This document shows positions 28,049 through 37,499 of a stretch of DNA of 58,088 nt, in pieces. Positions within the stretch are counted from its first letter, which is position 1; each line of letters opens with the position of its first letter. This DNA comes from a virus (lineage: Duplodnaviria > Caudoviricetes): positions 1 through 58,088 of the IMG/VR virus record IMGVR_UViG_3300036800_000168, one strand, 5' to 3'. The notes under the pieces were generated by a model. That model ran no database searches, had not been told where the DNA came from, and saw only the letters and a program-made list of their open reading frames with translations. The position numbers and the translations under genes are program-made.

Positions 28049-28194
28049 AGCACGCGTGCGTTAGCTGCGGCAAGCCCGGCGGTGACCCGCGCAACGGGGG
28101 GCTCTGCCCGTCCTGCCAGGTGTTTACCCGGCCGAGGAGCCTGGGCAGGCGGACCTACCTGCTGCCCATGCTGGCGGAGCGGAAGGGAACGTGA
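28045..28194 (+). CDS. Small zinc-ribbon protein
   Basis: CVSC...CPSC; GTGA overlaps. Confidence 0.55.
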   Translation: MKHACVSCGKPGGDPRNGGLCPSCQVFTRPRSLGRRTYLLPMLAERKGT

Positions 28195-28640
28195 GCGGCG
28201 CCCCTCTCAACTACACCACGGCCGTCGCAGCGGACAATACCGCGCACGAGTGCCTGGTGATCCTCGGGAAGTACGGCGCGAGGCGGGCCGGGCTCGCCTA
28301 CGGGAAGGACCGGGTGCCGATGGGCATCACCTTCGTCCTGGGCACCCGGTGGGGCGAGCGCGGCTACGAGATCGCCATCGACTTCGACGGCACGCGCGGG
28401 GTCCTGGAGCGCGCCTACAAGGACCGGAAGGTCGAGCGGCGCCACACCGAGCACGCCCACGCGCAGAGGGTCGCCTGGCGGGTGCTGAAGATGTGGCTGG
28501 AGTCGAGCCTCGCCATGGTCGAGGCTGGCCTGGCGGAGCCGGAGAAGGCCCTGTTCCCCTACATGCTCCTCGCCCCGGAGCACACCCTGTTCGACGAGTA
28601 CGACCAGCAGCAGCCCTCCATCACGGCAGGCGAGCGGTGA
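28191..28640 (+). CDS. Phage hypothetical protein
   Basis: NYTT...AQRVAWR..K.W.E...FPY. Confidence 0.7.
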   Translation: MSGAPLNYTTAVAADNTAHECLVILGKYGARRAGLAYGKDRVPMGITFVLGTRWGERGYEIAIDFDGTRGVLERAYKDRKVERRHTEHAHAQRVAWRVLKMWLESSLAMVEAGLAEPEKALFPYMLLAPEHTLFDEYDQQQPSITAGER

Positions 28641-28963
28641 GCGGCGAGCAGGAGCAGTCGTACCTGCCCCGGGGCGGCGGCCTGCCGCGCCTGCTCAGCG
28701 AGCAGTGCGCGACGTGCGTCCTGCGGCCGGGTAACCCGATGGACCTGCGCCCCGGGCGGCTGCGGCAGATGATCCAGGCCGGGGTGCAGGGCCAGGGATT
28801 CGCCTGCCACGACACCCTCACCTACGGGCCGCACCCGGACTTCGGACCGGCGCTGTGCCGTGGCTTCTACGATCACTACGGTCACGCGACCAACCTGATC
28901 CGGATCTACGAGCGGCTCGGCGGGTTCGACGAGGTTGACCCGCCCGGCAAGGAGGACGAGTGA
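28637..28963 (+). CDS. Cys/His hypothetical protein
   Basis: CATC..RPGN...CHDTL...LCRG. Confidence 0.65.
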   Translation: MSGEQEQSYLPRGGGLPRLLSEQCATCVLRPGNPMDLRPGRLRQMIQAGVQGQGFACHDTLTYGPHPDFGPALCRGFYDHYGHATNLIRIYERLGGFDEVDPPGKEDE

Positions 28964-29208
28964 CGCTCGAAGAAGCCCGCGAGCATACCGGGGAGAAGGT
29001 CGTCTACTCGACGCGCCCCGGCGAGGCAGACGAAGGTCTCATCGACTCCGTGAGCGACAGGTACGTGTTCGTCTGCTACGGCCGGCATAACCCCCGGGCA
29101 ACGTATGCGCACAACCTGACCCTGATGCGGGGCAGAAGCCTGGCGGAGCACATCCGGCTGGGCATGGAAGAAGCCGGGTTCGGCCTAGCGACCGAGGAGG
29201 ACGAGTGA
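28960..29208 (+). CDS. Hypothetical protein (SH3-like pattern)
   Basis: GEKVVY...EG.I.SV...YVFV.Y. Confidence 0.6.
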   Translation: MTLEEAREHTGEKVVYSTRPGEADEGLIDSVSDRYVFVCYGRHNPRATYAHNLTLMRGRSLAEHIRLGMEEAGFGLATEEDE

Positions 29209-29501
29209 CAACCGGAAAGCCCCCGTGCCCGACCGCAGAAGACGCCCTGACCCAGGCCATGGTCGCCGCAGTCGAGACGGTCCGCGACGGCTGGCTGTCC
29301 GAGGCGGACTTCGGCCAGTTCTCCGACGTGAACGCCGGCTGGTACTGGACACTGAAGATCACCCGGGAAGTTACCTCCGAGCACCCGAACCTGCGGCCCG
29401 GGGACGACACCCTGGCACGGCGCACCCGGGTCGTCATCGAGTCGTGGCAGCGCCGCGTCGCCTACTACCGGCAGGACTTCACCCCGGCGGACGACCAGTG
29501 A
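29205..29501 (+). CDS. Hypothetical protein
   Basis: GAGGAGG RBS, overlap. Confidence 0.55.
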   Translation: MTTGKPPCPTAEDALTQAMVAAVETVRDGWLSEADFGQFSDVNAGWYWTLKITREVTSEHPNLRPGDDTLARRTRVVIESWQRRVAYYRQDFTPADDQ

Positions 29502-29896
29502 GCGCGCGAGCAGCTAAGGACGATCCCTGGGAGGACATGACGCCGCTCCAGGCGCTCGTCACCGAGGTCCTGGTGGCGCGGCTGCGCCTCGGGGAGCAGT
29601 CCTGGCCGTTCCCGGTGCGGTGCCGCCAAGCCCTGGAGGCCCTGATGGAGCAAGGGCTGCTGACCTACGACCGGGGGTTCCAGCCCCGGACCCTCCAGGC
29701 GCGGCTGACGGACGAGGGACGCCGGAAGCTGATGTCCGGCCCGTACACGTCGCCGCTCACCCGGCTGGCTGAGGAGGCTATGTTCCTCCGCCAGAACGGC
29801 GAGCGCCCGCCGGGCGGAGTGGAGAACTGGCGCGACTGGGACGCCAGGGCGGAAGCGCTCCTGCGCAGTACCCTGCCGCCGGAGGAGACCAGGTGA
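29498..29896 (+). CDS. Hypothetical protein, winged-helix-like
   Basis: ALEALMEQGLL...ARLTDEGR. Confidence 0.6.
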   Translation: MSARAAKDDPWEDMTPLQALVTEVLVARLRLGEQSWPFPVRCRQALEALMEQGLLTYDRGFQPRTLQARLTDEGRRKLMSGPYTSPLTRLAEEAMFLRQNGERPPGGVENWRDWDARAEALLRSTLPPEETR

Positions 29897-30054
29897 AGGT
29901 CCGCAAGCAGGACGTCCCCATCACGCGCGTCTACGAGATCGACTGCAAGGTCTGCCAGGAGGCTGTTTACCCGGACGACCGGGTGACCGACCCGGAAGAG
30001 GCCCGCCGGGTGAGGGACGCTCACATAGCCGAGCACGAGCGGGGAGAGCTGTGA
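29893..30054 (+). CDS. Small CxxC...HxxxH protein (below ORF-track cutoff)
   Basis: GGAGGAG RBS; CKVC...HIAEH; GTGA overlaps. Confidence 0.6.
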   Translation: MKVRKQDVPITRVYEIDCKVCQEAVYPDDRVTDPEEARRVRDAHIAEHERGEL

Positions 30055-30902
30055 AGCGGGCGCTGGTCGGCTGCGAGTGCTCCGGGCAGGTACGGGACGC
30101 GCTGATCGCCACCGGCTACTGGGACGAGGTGTGGTCGGCGGACATCCAGCCGAGCGAGACCCCGGCCCGGACGTTCATCGCGGCGGAAAACCGCTGGGAG
30201 ATCCCCGACGGGCAGTTCACCGAGGCGCGTCACTACCTGGGCGACGTCCGAGACCTGTTCAGGATCACGAGTCCTGTTAACCGAATCCGGGGTTATGAGA
30301 TCTTGCACCGGCACGCGGGCAACATCGGCGGGCCGTGGCAGGACCTGTGGGATGCGGCGTTCCTGTTTCCGCCGTGCACGCACCTGTCCCTGGCCGGGGC
30401 GGTGTGGTGGAAGGAGAAGCGGAAGCCCCGCTACGACGAGAACTTCGAGGAGACCTGGTCAGTCCAGGACGAGGCCGCCAGCTTCTTCATGGAGATGGTG
30501 CACGCCCCCGCGCCTCTGGTGGCGGTGGAGAACCCGCGCGGCGACATGACCCGCCGCTACCGGCCGCCGGACCAGTACGTGCAGCCGCACATGTTCGGCG
30601 ACCCGCTGGTCAAGGCGACCGGGCTATGGCTGAGGGGCCTGCCCCTCCTGTACGCCGACGACCCGGTCGAGCCCCTCCCGGGCGGCCGGGTGGCGACCGG
30701 CGGCGGGAGCTGGCGCACCGACCAGAAGCACGGCAGGGGCGCGAACAACGGCCACGAGGACGCTAAGGGCCGCGTCAACCGGCAGCGTGAGCGCAACCGG
30801 ACCTTGCCGGGGCTGGCGAGGGCCATGGCATCACAGTGGACAAGGTTCGTCGAAGAGCAGGAAGGGGCACGCGATGGCGCTGCGGCGCATGGGAGCGGAT
30901 GA
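30051..30902 (+). CDS. DNA cytosine-5 methyltransferase (phage type)
   Basis: LVGCECSG (variant motif I), GDV, FPPCT (motif IV), ENP (motif VI), K.T.LW. Confidence 0.8.
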   Translation: MKRALVGCECSGQVRDALIATGYWDEVWSADIQPSETPARTFIAAENRWEIPDGQFTEARHYLGDVRDLFRITSPVNRIRGYEILHRHAGNIGGPWQDLWDAAFLFPPCTHLSLAGAVWWKEKRKPRYDENFEETWSVQDEAASFFMEMVHAPAPLVAVENPRGDMTRRYRPPDQYVQPHMFGDPLVKATGLWLRGLPLLYADDPVEPLPGGRVATGGGSWRTDQKHGRGANNGHEDAKGRVNRQRERNRTLPGLARAMASQWTRFVEEQEGARDGAAAHGSG

Positions 30903-31152
30903 GCCGCTGTACGCCGGGATGCCGGTCGTGATCTCCTCGGGCTGCTGCGAGACGGCCGTCTTCGCGGACAGGTCGGCCTCCCCTGCCAGGGTCCGGTGCA
31001 CTGAGTGCCTCCGGGAGTGCGAGCCGGTCCGCTACCAGGTGACGGAGGACCTGTCAGCCTGCTGCAAGGCCCCGGTCACCGTGGAGGGCAGGACGACGCG
31101 GTACTGGAAGTGCTCAGGCTGCGGGCAGGCGTGTGACCTAACGGCTTCCTGA
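30874..31152 (+). CDS. Double zinc-ribbon protein
   Basis: Two S.CC...C..C...C units. Confidence 0.65.
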   Translation: MALRRMGADEPLYAGMPVVISSGCCETAVFADRSASPARVRCTECLRECEPVRYQVTEDLSACCKAPVTVEGRTTRYWKCSGCGQACDLTAS

Positions 31153-31174
31153 ATACAACTTTTATTGATAAAGT
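31146..31174 (+). promoter_or_regulatory. Promoter with conserved spacer box (leaderless gene follows)
   Basis: TTCCTG-aatacaacttttattga-TAAAGT. Confidence 0.75.
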
Positions 31175-31180
31175 CATGTC

Positions 31181-31468
31181 ATGCCAAGAAGAGAGCCCAG
31201 GAAGGGCACCGAGGCGACCGGGGTCATCGACCTGACCGGGGGCGACACCCCGTTCCGCTACGCCGAGATCCTCACCGACGCCGGCGTCATCCGGGTGAAC
31301 GCCGGGCTCGTGACCACCTACAAGCCGCACCTGTCCAGCGTCGTCATCGAGATCGAGGTGAACACCCCCTACCGCAGGAGCAGGTCCGGCGAGGGCAACT
31401 GGTGGGTCAGTGAGGTCAAGGGCACCGCCAGCCGCCCCGAGGTCAGGATCACCAGGAAGAGCCGGTGA
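31181..31468 (+). CDS. Hypothetical protein
   Basis: ATG 6 nt after the -10 element. Confidence 0.65.
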   Translation: MPRREPRKGTEATGVIDLTGGDTPFRYAEILTDAGVIRVNAGLVTTYKPHLSSVVIEIEVNTPYRRSRSGEGNWWVSEVKGTASRPEVRITRKSR

Positions 31469-32046
31469 ACGAGCCGTCTGTCAGGATCACCACGGGCGAG
31501 ACCGTCACCGTCGGCGGCGTCCCCGTCACCGTGGAGGTAGACGACGGGGAGCTGGTCATCCGGGTCGGCCGGTGCGACTCCTCGGCCGAGGGAGCGCCGG
31601 CCCTCAGCTACTGGCTCGGCCGGCTCCACGGGAACGTCACCGACGGGTGGCGGGCAAGGATCCCGGCGGCACCCAGCAGGAGCGGTTCAACCTGTACGCG
31701 AAGGAGGACTGAGATGACGCCCGAGCAGAAGGCCCTGTTCCACGCAGCGGTCACCGACGCGATCACCGCGAAGGGCACCCCGGCGGAGGATAACCCGGGC
31801 CGTTACGGCTGGATCGCCGGCGACTACGCGGAACTGCGCATCCACATGGCCGGGTGCAGGCCCGCCTACGAGGCGTGCACGTGGGAGGACGCGACCTGGT
31901 CCGAGTTCGTCTCCACCTTCGACCCGGACGAGCGGTGTACCGGGCTCGACGCGGTCGTCTCCTGCAAGTGCGGCACCGTGCAGGGGCGCACCTGGCGCTA
32001 CACGGGCGGCTACGCGGAGCTGATCCGCGAGATCACGGGCGGCTGA
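31465..32046 (+). CDS. Hypothetical protein(s); internal start at 31714 probably a separate gene
   Basis: AAGGAGGA RBS before ATG 31714. Confidence 0.55.
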   Translation: MNEPSVRITTGETVTVGGVPVTVEVDDGELVIRVGRCDSSAEGAPALSYWLGRLHGNVTDGWRARIPAAPSRSGSTCTRRRTEMTPEQKALFHAAVTDAITAKGTPAEDNPGRYGWIAGDYAELRIHMAGCRPAYEACTWEDATWSEFVSTFDPDERCTGLDAVVSCKCGTVQGRTWRYTGGYAELIREITGG

Positions 32047-32047
32047 G

Positions 32048-32452
32048 GTGAACCACGAGGGGGACGCGGGCAGGATGAGCACCGTCGAGGTACGCAGCAC
32101 GGTCCGGGCCGGCCGGCTGATCCGGCAGGAGCGGCTGGAAGACGACGGCCGCATCCAGAGCTGGGTGGTGGCCGGGGAGCACGGCGTGGTGGAGGCGCGC
32201 GGCGCGCGATCGGACGAGATCTACTACCTGGTGCACAGGCCGGCGCTAGCGGGTGAGTTCAGCGGCGGCCACAGCCTCCTCGTGCTGGTGGACGCTGCCG
32301 TCTTCCCGGAGGACCAATGCACGGTGCTCGAAGGGCCGTGCAACGTGATCCTGCTGACGGACCACGGGCCGCATGAGTGCAGCCGCTTCTGCGGCCCGGA
32401 GCCGTGGCCGGCCCTGGAGGAGCTGTACCGCAGGCACCTGGGCAGGCCGTGA
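32048..32452 (+). CDS. Hypothetical protein (paralog family with 32847 and 51035)
   Basis: G..G...H.P...C..L...C...W...E..Y. Confidence 0.65.
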   Translation: MNHEGDAGRMSTVEVRSTVRAGRLIRQERLEDDGRIQSWVVAGEHGVVEARGARSDEIYYLVHRPALAGEFSGGHSLLVLVDAAVFPEDQCTVLEGPCNVILLTDHGPHECSRFCGPEPWPALEELYRRHLGRP

Positions 32453-32850
32453 ACAGGCTCGCGGTCCCGCTCCCGGTGCCGGGCCAGGCGTGGCGGGGGA
32501 AGAAGCCGATCGAGGGGCGCATGATCCGCGTCACGGGCGTTGACGGGAAGTACGTCCGGTATGAGGTGCTGGCCGGCACGTGGGGCGGCAGGTCCCCCAG
32601 GCAGATCCAGCTCAGCACCCTCCGCAAGGACTACGAGCTTGTCCGCGAGGGCGGCGGCCCGGCCGTCAACGGATTCCCCCTGGACACTTACGAGGCCCAG
32701 GTCATCGCCAGCCTCCGGCGTATCTCGGAGAGGTGGCCGGGGACGCTGAAGGTCGTGATCATGAACGGCGAGCTTGCCGTCATGCGGGCGGGCAGCGAGC
32801 TGCGGACCGGGAACGTCATCGAGGTCATGAGGGGGGTGCGGGCAGAGTGA
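32449..32850 (+). CDS. Hypothetical protein
   Basis: GTGA overlaps. Confidence 0.6.
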   Translation: MNRLAVPLPVPGQAWRGKKPIEGRMIRVTGVDGKYVRYEVLAGTWGGRSPRQIQLSTLRKDYELVREGGGPAVNGFPLDTYEAQVIASLRRISERWPGTLKVVIMNGELAVMRAGSELRTGNVIEVMRGVRAE

Positions 32851-33164
32851 GCCGCCTGGTGCGGGCCGTACGGCAGGACGTGGCGGCCGAGGTGAAGATG
32901 CTGCTCGGCGGGGAGGACGGCCTCGTCGCGCTTCACCTGCTCTACGACGAGCCGGCCGCCATGGTCCTGCACTCGCCCCGGGAGCTGCCAGACCCCGCGT
33001 GGCAGCATCCCTGCGCGTACCTGGAAACGAGCTGCTGGTGCCTCAACAGCGTCGTCGGCGCCGAGCTGGCCGCGCTGATGCCGGCTGACGGCGGCCCGGA
33101 CTGCGAGGCCACGTGGGCGGCGATGGAGCAGGTCTACCACCTGTACCTGGGGAGGCGAAGGTGA
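32847..33164 (+). CDS. Hypothetical protein (paralog family)
   Basis: HSP...CAYLETSC...TWAAMEQVY. Confidence 0.65.
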   Translation: MSRLVRAVRQDVAAEVKMLLGGEDGLVALHLLYDEPAAMVLHSPRELPDPAWQHPCAYLETSCWCLNSVVGAELAALMPADGGPDCEATWAAMEQVYHLYLGRRR

Positions 33165-33298
33165 GCGACGAGGACGAGGAGTCTCAGGTCATCTACATCA
33201 TCGACGAGATGGCGGAGCTGATGGACGGCGAGTGGGAGCCGCCGGAGGCAATCCGGGCCTGGTTCCAGAAGATCGTGCACGAGGGCCGTCATGAGTGA
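33161..33298 (+). CDS. Small acidic protein
   Basis: GGAGG RBS, overlap. Confidence 0.5.
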   Translation: MSDEDEESQVIYIIDEMAELMDGEWEPPEAIRAWFQKIVHEGRHE

Positions 33299-33812
33299 CG
33301 CCCGGCCGCTGGTGCTGCTCGACGTGGACGGGGTGCTGAACCTCGCCCGCTTCCTGTCGTCCAGGCAGCGGGACAGGCTGCTGCACGGGCGGCCGTACGG
33401 GACCAACAAGAGCACGGAGCGGGGATGGGTGCACCGCTGGTCCGCAGAGCGGCACTACAGCAGCCGGATCGTGACGCACCCGAAGTACGGGGAGTGGCTG
33501 CGTCCCCTGGCGGAGCATGCCGAGCTGGCCTGGGCGACCACCTGGATGGCGGAGGCCAACTGGCACATCGGCCCGCTGCTCGGGCTGCCGGAGCTGCGCT
33601 ACGCGCCCGCGCCGTACGGCAGCAAGGCGGTGCACGTCGTCGCCTGGACGCAGGGCCGCCCCTGGGCGTGGCTGGACGACCAGGCCGAAGAGCTGGACAT
33701 GGCCTCGGCCCTGTCGAAGGGCAGGCCGCACTTGCCGGTGCTGGTGAACCGGGCGGACGGCCTGACAGAGGAGAACGTCAGCCAGGTGCACGACTGGCTG
33801 AAGAGCCTGTAA
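33291..33812 (+). CDS. HAD-superfamily phosphatase (Swiss-Army-Knife RNA-repair type)
   Basis: LLDVDGVLN, WATTW, K, WLDD motifs. Confidence 0.8.
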   Translation: MSDARPLVLLDVDGVLNLARFLSSRQRDRLLHGRPYGTNKSTERGWVHRWSAERHYSSRIVTHPKYGEWLRPLAEHAELAWATTWMAEANWHIGPLLGLPELRYAPAPYGSKAVHVVAWTQGRPWAWLDDQAEELDMASALSKGRPHLPVLVNRADGLTEENVSQVHDWLKSL

Positions 33813-33826
33813 TTCCGCCTAACCCC

Positions 33827-33855
33827 TTTGGCTTTATCAAGGAAAGCTGTATCCT
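33827..33855 (+). promoter_or_regulatory. Promoter with inverted box
   Basis: TTTGGC-tttatcaaggaaagctg-TATCCT. Confidence 0.7.
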
Positions 33856-33891
33856 GGGCGTGCAAGGGAAACGAGCGCCGAGGAGGCACCG

Positions 33892-34125
33892 ATGCCAAGC
33901 CAGGTCATGGAGCTGAAGAGCGACAAGGGCACCGCCGAGATCGAGGCCGGGGGCAGCACGGTCTGCATGAGCCTTCCCCTCAGCTTCAAGAGCTGGAGCA
34001 TCAGCGAGCTGCTCGCCGGCAACAGGACCCAGCCGGCCGTCGTCATCTCCGCCGACGGGGACTACTTCATCGGCGAGGTCACCGGAGTAGACGAGGACTG
34101 CGTCCTGACGGTGGAGCTGAGATGA
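33892..34125 (+). CDS. Hypothetical protein
   Basis: GAGGAGG RBS. Confidence 0.65.
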   Translation: MPSQVMELKSDKGTAEIEAGGSTVCMSLPLSFKSWSISELLAGNRTQPAVVISADGDYFIGEVTGVDEDCVLTVELR

Positions 34126-34385
34126 TGGAAGCCGCAGCAGCGCCGGTCCCCGTTCACGTCTCCGTAGCCGACGCGATGATCATGATGACCTGGGACAGCC
34201 AGGGACTCCCCGGCCAGTGGGACGTCCCCGTCTACCCGGCACACTGGCGGACGGTAGTTGCCATGATCCGGGAGGGCGACGTGATCGCCGTCGTCGCCGA
34301 AATGGACGGCCAGCCGGTGATCACGATCCCGGCCGTGGTCGTGGCGCTCAACGCGAGCGTCCCGTGCATCGAGGTGATCGCGTGA
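34122..34385 (+). CDS. Hypothetical protein
   Basis: ATGA overlap. Confidence 0.6.
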   Translation: MMEAAAAPVPVHVSVADAMIMMTWDSQGLPGQWDVPVYPAHWRTVVAMIREGDVIAVVAEMDGQPVITIPAVVVALNASVPCIEVIA

Positions 34386-34561
34386 CCCCCGGCACGGAGG
34401 ACGGCAGTGAGGCCGTCGTGGTGCACGAGAGGTGCGGGTTCCCGGTCGTGCCAGACGAGGGCGGCAACTGGCACCACGTGAACCCGCTCGACGACGTGTT
34501 CTGCGACCTGCTGTTCAGCGGCGGGAGCATGCTCGACGCCCTGCTCGAAGGAGATGACTGA
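34382..34561 (+). CDS. Small hypothetical protein
   Basis: GTGA overlap; H..CG...W.H...C. Confidence 0.55.
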   Translation: MTPGTEDGSEAVVVHERCGFPVVPDEGGNWHHVNPLDDVFCDLLFSGGSMLDALLEGDD

Positions 34562-34817
34562 CATGGCCGCACGCGATCTCGCAGACGACCCGGAAGACCT
34601 TGAGCCCGTTGCCAAGATCAGGTACGCCGAGGCGCTGATCCGCGCCGAGCACCGGGTCCTAGACGACGACTGGCTGTTCTGGGGCAACCTCGCCGATCAC
34701 CTCAACGACATCGCGAACCTGCCGGAGAAGACCGGGCTCCGCGCGTCGGACTGGCGCGAGTTCAATCGCGCCCAGGACATGGCCACAGGACTCATCCGCA
34801 TGGCCCGGGAGGACTGA
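34554..34817 (+). CDS. Hypothetical protein
   Basis: AAGGAG RBS. Confidence 0.6.
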   Translation: MTDMAARDLADDPEDLEPVAKIRYAEALIRAEHRVLDDDWLFWGNLADHLNDIANLPEKTGLRASDWREFNRAQDMATGLIRMARED

Positions 34818-34818
34818 C

Positions 34819-35028
34819 ATGCACGAGGTACTCGACTACACGGGCAAGCCGCTCGCCCTCGGCGACCACGTGGAGGCGTGGTCAGGCGGCCACAGGTTCA
34901 CCGCCACGGTGACGGAGATCCTGCCGCGCGACCCGGGGTGCGGGAACCACAGCCACCTGGTCCTCGCGGCCGACGAGGGCGGCACGGAAGGCCGGCGGTG
35001 CTCCGACCAGGTGGTAGTGATCACGTGA
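34819..35028 (+). CDS. Hypothetical protein (SH3-like pattern)
   Basis: D..G..L..GD.V; GGAGG RBS. Confidence 0.6.
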   Translation: MHEVLDYTGKPLALGDHVEAWSGGHRFTATVTEILPRDPGCGNHSHLVLAADEGGTEGRRCSDQVVVIT

Positions 35029-35255
35029 GCGACTACAGCAGGGGCTACTCACCGAAGGCACTCGCCTGCACAGACAAGGACCACCAGGGCACCTGGGCAG
35101 TCATCGTGCGCAACGGCAACTACAGCGCGTTCAACGGCTACCGCTTCACGCCCAGCGACTACTCGCTGGTGAAGTGCCGGTCCTGCGGCGCGCACTGGCG
35201 CACCAGGGCGGGCTACGTGGCGACCCTGCCCGACGCGAGAGACGGCGAGGTATGA
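35025..35255 (+). CDS. Zinc-ribbon protein
   Basis: SAFNGY..TPSDYS.V.C..CG..WRT. Confidence 0.65.
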   Translation: MSDYSRGYSPKALACTDKDHQGTWAVIVRNGNYSAFNGYRFTPSDYSLVKCRSCGAHWRTRAGYVATLPDARDGEV

Positions 35256-35497
35256 GCATGAGCCTCTGGGTATTCGGGCAGCGCGGAATGATCGTCGAGC
35301 ACGACCCGGCGACGCGCGAGCCCCTCGACGGCGGCATCGTCACCGGGTGCACCGCCGTGCAGTTCACCATGAGCGGCATTACCGAGGTCATCGCCGACCA
35401 GATGCTGCCGGGCGCGCTCGCCGAGTTCTGGCCGGACGGCTGGGTCACCGACGGGTCGCACCGCTTCCGGCTGGTGCACGAGAACGGGGAGACATGA
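35252..35497 (+). CDS. Hypothetical protein
   Basis: ATGA overlap. Confidence 0.55.
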   Translation: MSMSLWVFGQRGMIVEHDPATREPLDGGIVTGCTAVQFTMSGITEVIADQMLPGALAEFWPDGWVTDGSHRFRLVHENGET

Positions 35498-35907
35498 GCG
35501 ACGGGGACGGCGTCACCAGCGCCGAGCGCAACATGCTGCGCGTAGTCGAACGGTACAGCGGCCCCGACGGCGCCCCGGTCACGTCAGGGGACGCCGCCCG
35601 GGGACTCGGCACCAGCCGCCAGGCAGTCTCGGCCATGGCCGCGACCCTGGAGCGGGCCGGCTACCTGGCCGTCACGCGGCTGCCCAAGGCGATCACCTAC
35701 GCGGTCACCGCCCCGGGGCTCAGCTACCTGGGGGCGCACCAGTCGTCCTTCCTGCTGGTCGAAGTTGACGACCGGATGGCGGACGACGTCGCCTACTACC
35801 TGGCGCAGGGCGTCAACGGCGTCCAGGACGTCGCCGTGCACAACGAGGAGTACCCGCGCGGGTGCTGCTGCCAGCACTGCCCGCACAACGGAAACTGCCG
35901 GGACTAG
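35494..35907 (+). CDS. Winged-helix (MarR-like) DNA-binding protein with Cys-rich tail
   Basis: GDAARGLGTSRQAVSAMAATLERAGYL...Y.VT..G. Confidence 0.75.
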   Translation: MSDGDGVTSAERNMLRVVERYSGPDGAPVTSGDAARGLGTSRQAVSAMAATLERAGYLAVTRLPKAITYAVTAPGLSYLGAHQSSFLLVEVDDRMADDVAYYLAQGVNGVQDVAVHNEEYPRGCCCQHCPHNGNCRD

Positions 35908-35909
35908 CC

Positions 35910-36146
35910 GTGGACGAGGTAATGGAGTACGTCGAGGAACTACTGGCCGAGGCCGAGAGGCGGCTAGACCTGGCGGACGAGGCGCTGCGGCTGGCCGCGC
36001 TGGTCCCCGGGGGAGGCCGTGAGCGGAGCGGGCTCATGATGCAGGCAGCCCGGCAGCGCGTGATGGCGGAGGCGGCGGTGGACGAGGCGGCGCGGCTGCG
36101 AACCGCCGCCGCGATGCGGGAGGCGGGCGCCTATGGCCAGGGGTGA
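35910..36146 (+). CDS. Helical hypothetical protein
   Basis: Fills the operon gap. Confidence 0.5.
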   Translation: MDEVMEYVEELLAEAERRLDLADEALRLAALVPGGGRERSGLMMQAARQRVMAEAAVDEAARLRTAAAMREAGAYGQG

Positions 36147-36537
36147 CGGGCCGGCGTGCGACTTCTGCCACTCGGGGGCACTGTACCTGGTGACCCGGGA
36201 CGTCCCGGATGCCCCGGCCGCGCACGCGTGCAGGCCGCACGTGAGCGTGGCGGCCGACAAGATCGCCGAGCGGGCAGGCGGCGGCTCGGTGACCGTCTAC
36301 CTGCTGTCGGGGGGCAACTCCCTCGGCGACGGGGCGGCGCTGGTGAAGCACGTGCAGGAGATGGTACGCAGGCTCGGGGCGCACTCGGTGAAGGACCCGG
36401 AGCTTGCCCTCGCGATGGAAGGCGAACTGTACCGGGCGGTACTCGCGCTGATCGCCCAGGGGGCGCAGAACGCCGCCGGGCTGGCGGCTGCGGCGCTCCA
36501 GAGCCAGAACTACGAGATGGGAAGGGAAACTACATGA
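36133..36537 (+). CDS. Hypothetical protein
   Basis: GGAGG RBS; CDFC...C..H. Confidence 0.6.
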   Translation: MARGDGPACDFCHSGALYLVTRDVPDAPAAHACRPHVSVAADKIAERAGGGSVTVYLLSGGNSLGDGAALVKHVQEMVRRLGAHSVKDPELALAMEGELYRAVLALIAQGAQNAAGLAAAALQSQNYEMGRETT

Positions 36538-36812
36538 CCGAGTCACCGACAGGGCAGGCGCAGCAGCAGGCGCAGGCGCCCGTGTCGTTCCGGCTGAGTA
36601 TCTACTGGAAGCTGCTGAAGGGGCAGGCGGGCATTACCCGCAGGGACAGCAGGCGGCTGGCCCTGTCGGAGGTGCTCGACTTCCTGCTGACCCAGCTCTC
36701 CGGCGAGGAGGCCACGGTCCAGGACGACGGAGCCCGCACGGTCATCACGATCGACTGGAGGAAGGTGCCGATGGAGATCCGCGACCCGTTCAGCTTCGGG
36801 GTACGGCGTTGA
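36534..36812 (+). CDS. Hypothetical protein
   Basis: ATGA overlap. Confidence 0.6.
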   Translation: MTESPTGQAQQQAQAPVSFRLSIYWKLLKGQAGITRRDSRRLALSEVLDFLLTQLSGEEATVQDDGARTVITIDWRKVPMEIRDPFSFGVRR

Positions 36813-37018
36813 ACCCGGACGGCTTCTCACTGAGCATGTTCGAGGTGGACTGCGACGGCTCGGCCTGCGGCTCCGGCCCCGCCCCGGGGCTGCACGTGCA
36901 CCCGCCCCAGGGCGGGTGGCCTGCCATCGGCCGGGTCACGGTACGCGACGGCCAGCGGGCCGGCTACAGCGGCGCGCAGGGCATCACCAGGCTGGTCATG
37001 CCCGGGGAGTACCCGTGA
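36809..37018 (+). CDS. Small hypothetical protein
   Basis: TTGA overlap. Confidence 0.45.
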   Translation: MNPDGFSLSMFEVDCDGSACGSGPAPGLHVHPPQGGWPAIGRVTVRDGQRAGYSGAQGITRLVMPGEYP

Positions 37019-37407
37019 GCGGCGAGCCGAGGGCCAGGATCAGGCAGGGCCTGCGGGTGGTATACGCCGGGCAGCTCCACGGCGAGGTCCTCGCGGTGAA
37101 CCCCGAGGCCTTCCGGGCGAGGCTGCGGCTCGACAACGGGACCACCGACTGGTTCAGGACGGACCTGATGGTCCCCGAGGGGGAGCACGACCCGCAGGAG
37201 GCGACCCCGGGCGTGTGGACGGACCGGGCCGGGTTCGTGTGGCTGGAGACCGAGCCGGGCAGCGGGCGGGTGTTCTGCTACGACGCCCCGGTGCGGCGGC
37301 GGATGGGCGACAAGTGGCCCACCCAGCCGCTGGGGGAGGCCGAGCGGGAGTTCGGCCCGATGGACCGCATGGCGCCGGAGCCGCGCGAGGCGCCGGAGGG
37401 GCAGTAA
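37015..37407 (+). CDS. Hypothetical protein
   Basis: GTGA overlap. Confidence 0.6.
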   Translation: MSGEPRARIRQGLRVVYAGQLHGEVLAVNPEAFRARLRLDNGTTDWFRTDLMVPEGEHDPQEATPGVWTDRAGFVWLETEPGSGRVFCYDAPVRRRMGDKWPTQPLGEAEREFGPMDRMAPEPREAPEGQ

Positions 37408-37419
37408 CGCGAAGAGCAT

Positions 37420-37448
37420 GGCTGCAATACAGGGTTTATTGGTATTGT
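37420..37448 (+). promoter_or_regulatory. Promoter with degenerate box
   Basis: aatacagggtttattgg-TATTGT. Confidence 0.65.
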
Positions 37449-37499
37449 CGCCGGAGGGACGGGCGCAGGCGATGCACCCGGGGAACAAGGGAGAAGCGG

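Noticed and set aside
31714-32046. Other proteins ending in GG (EITGG; also HCTGG at 8065) as ubiquitin-like
   Set aside because: No preceding beta-strand pattern or partner gene; GG ends are expected by chance in GC-rich genes
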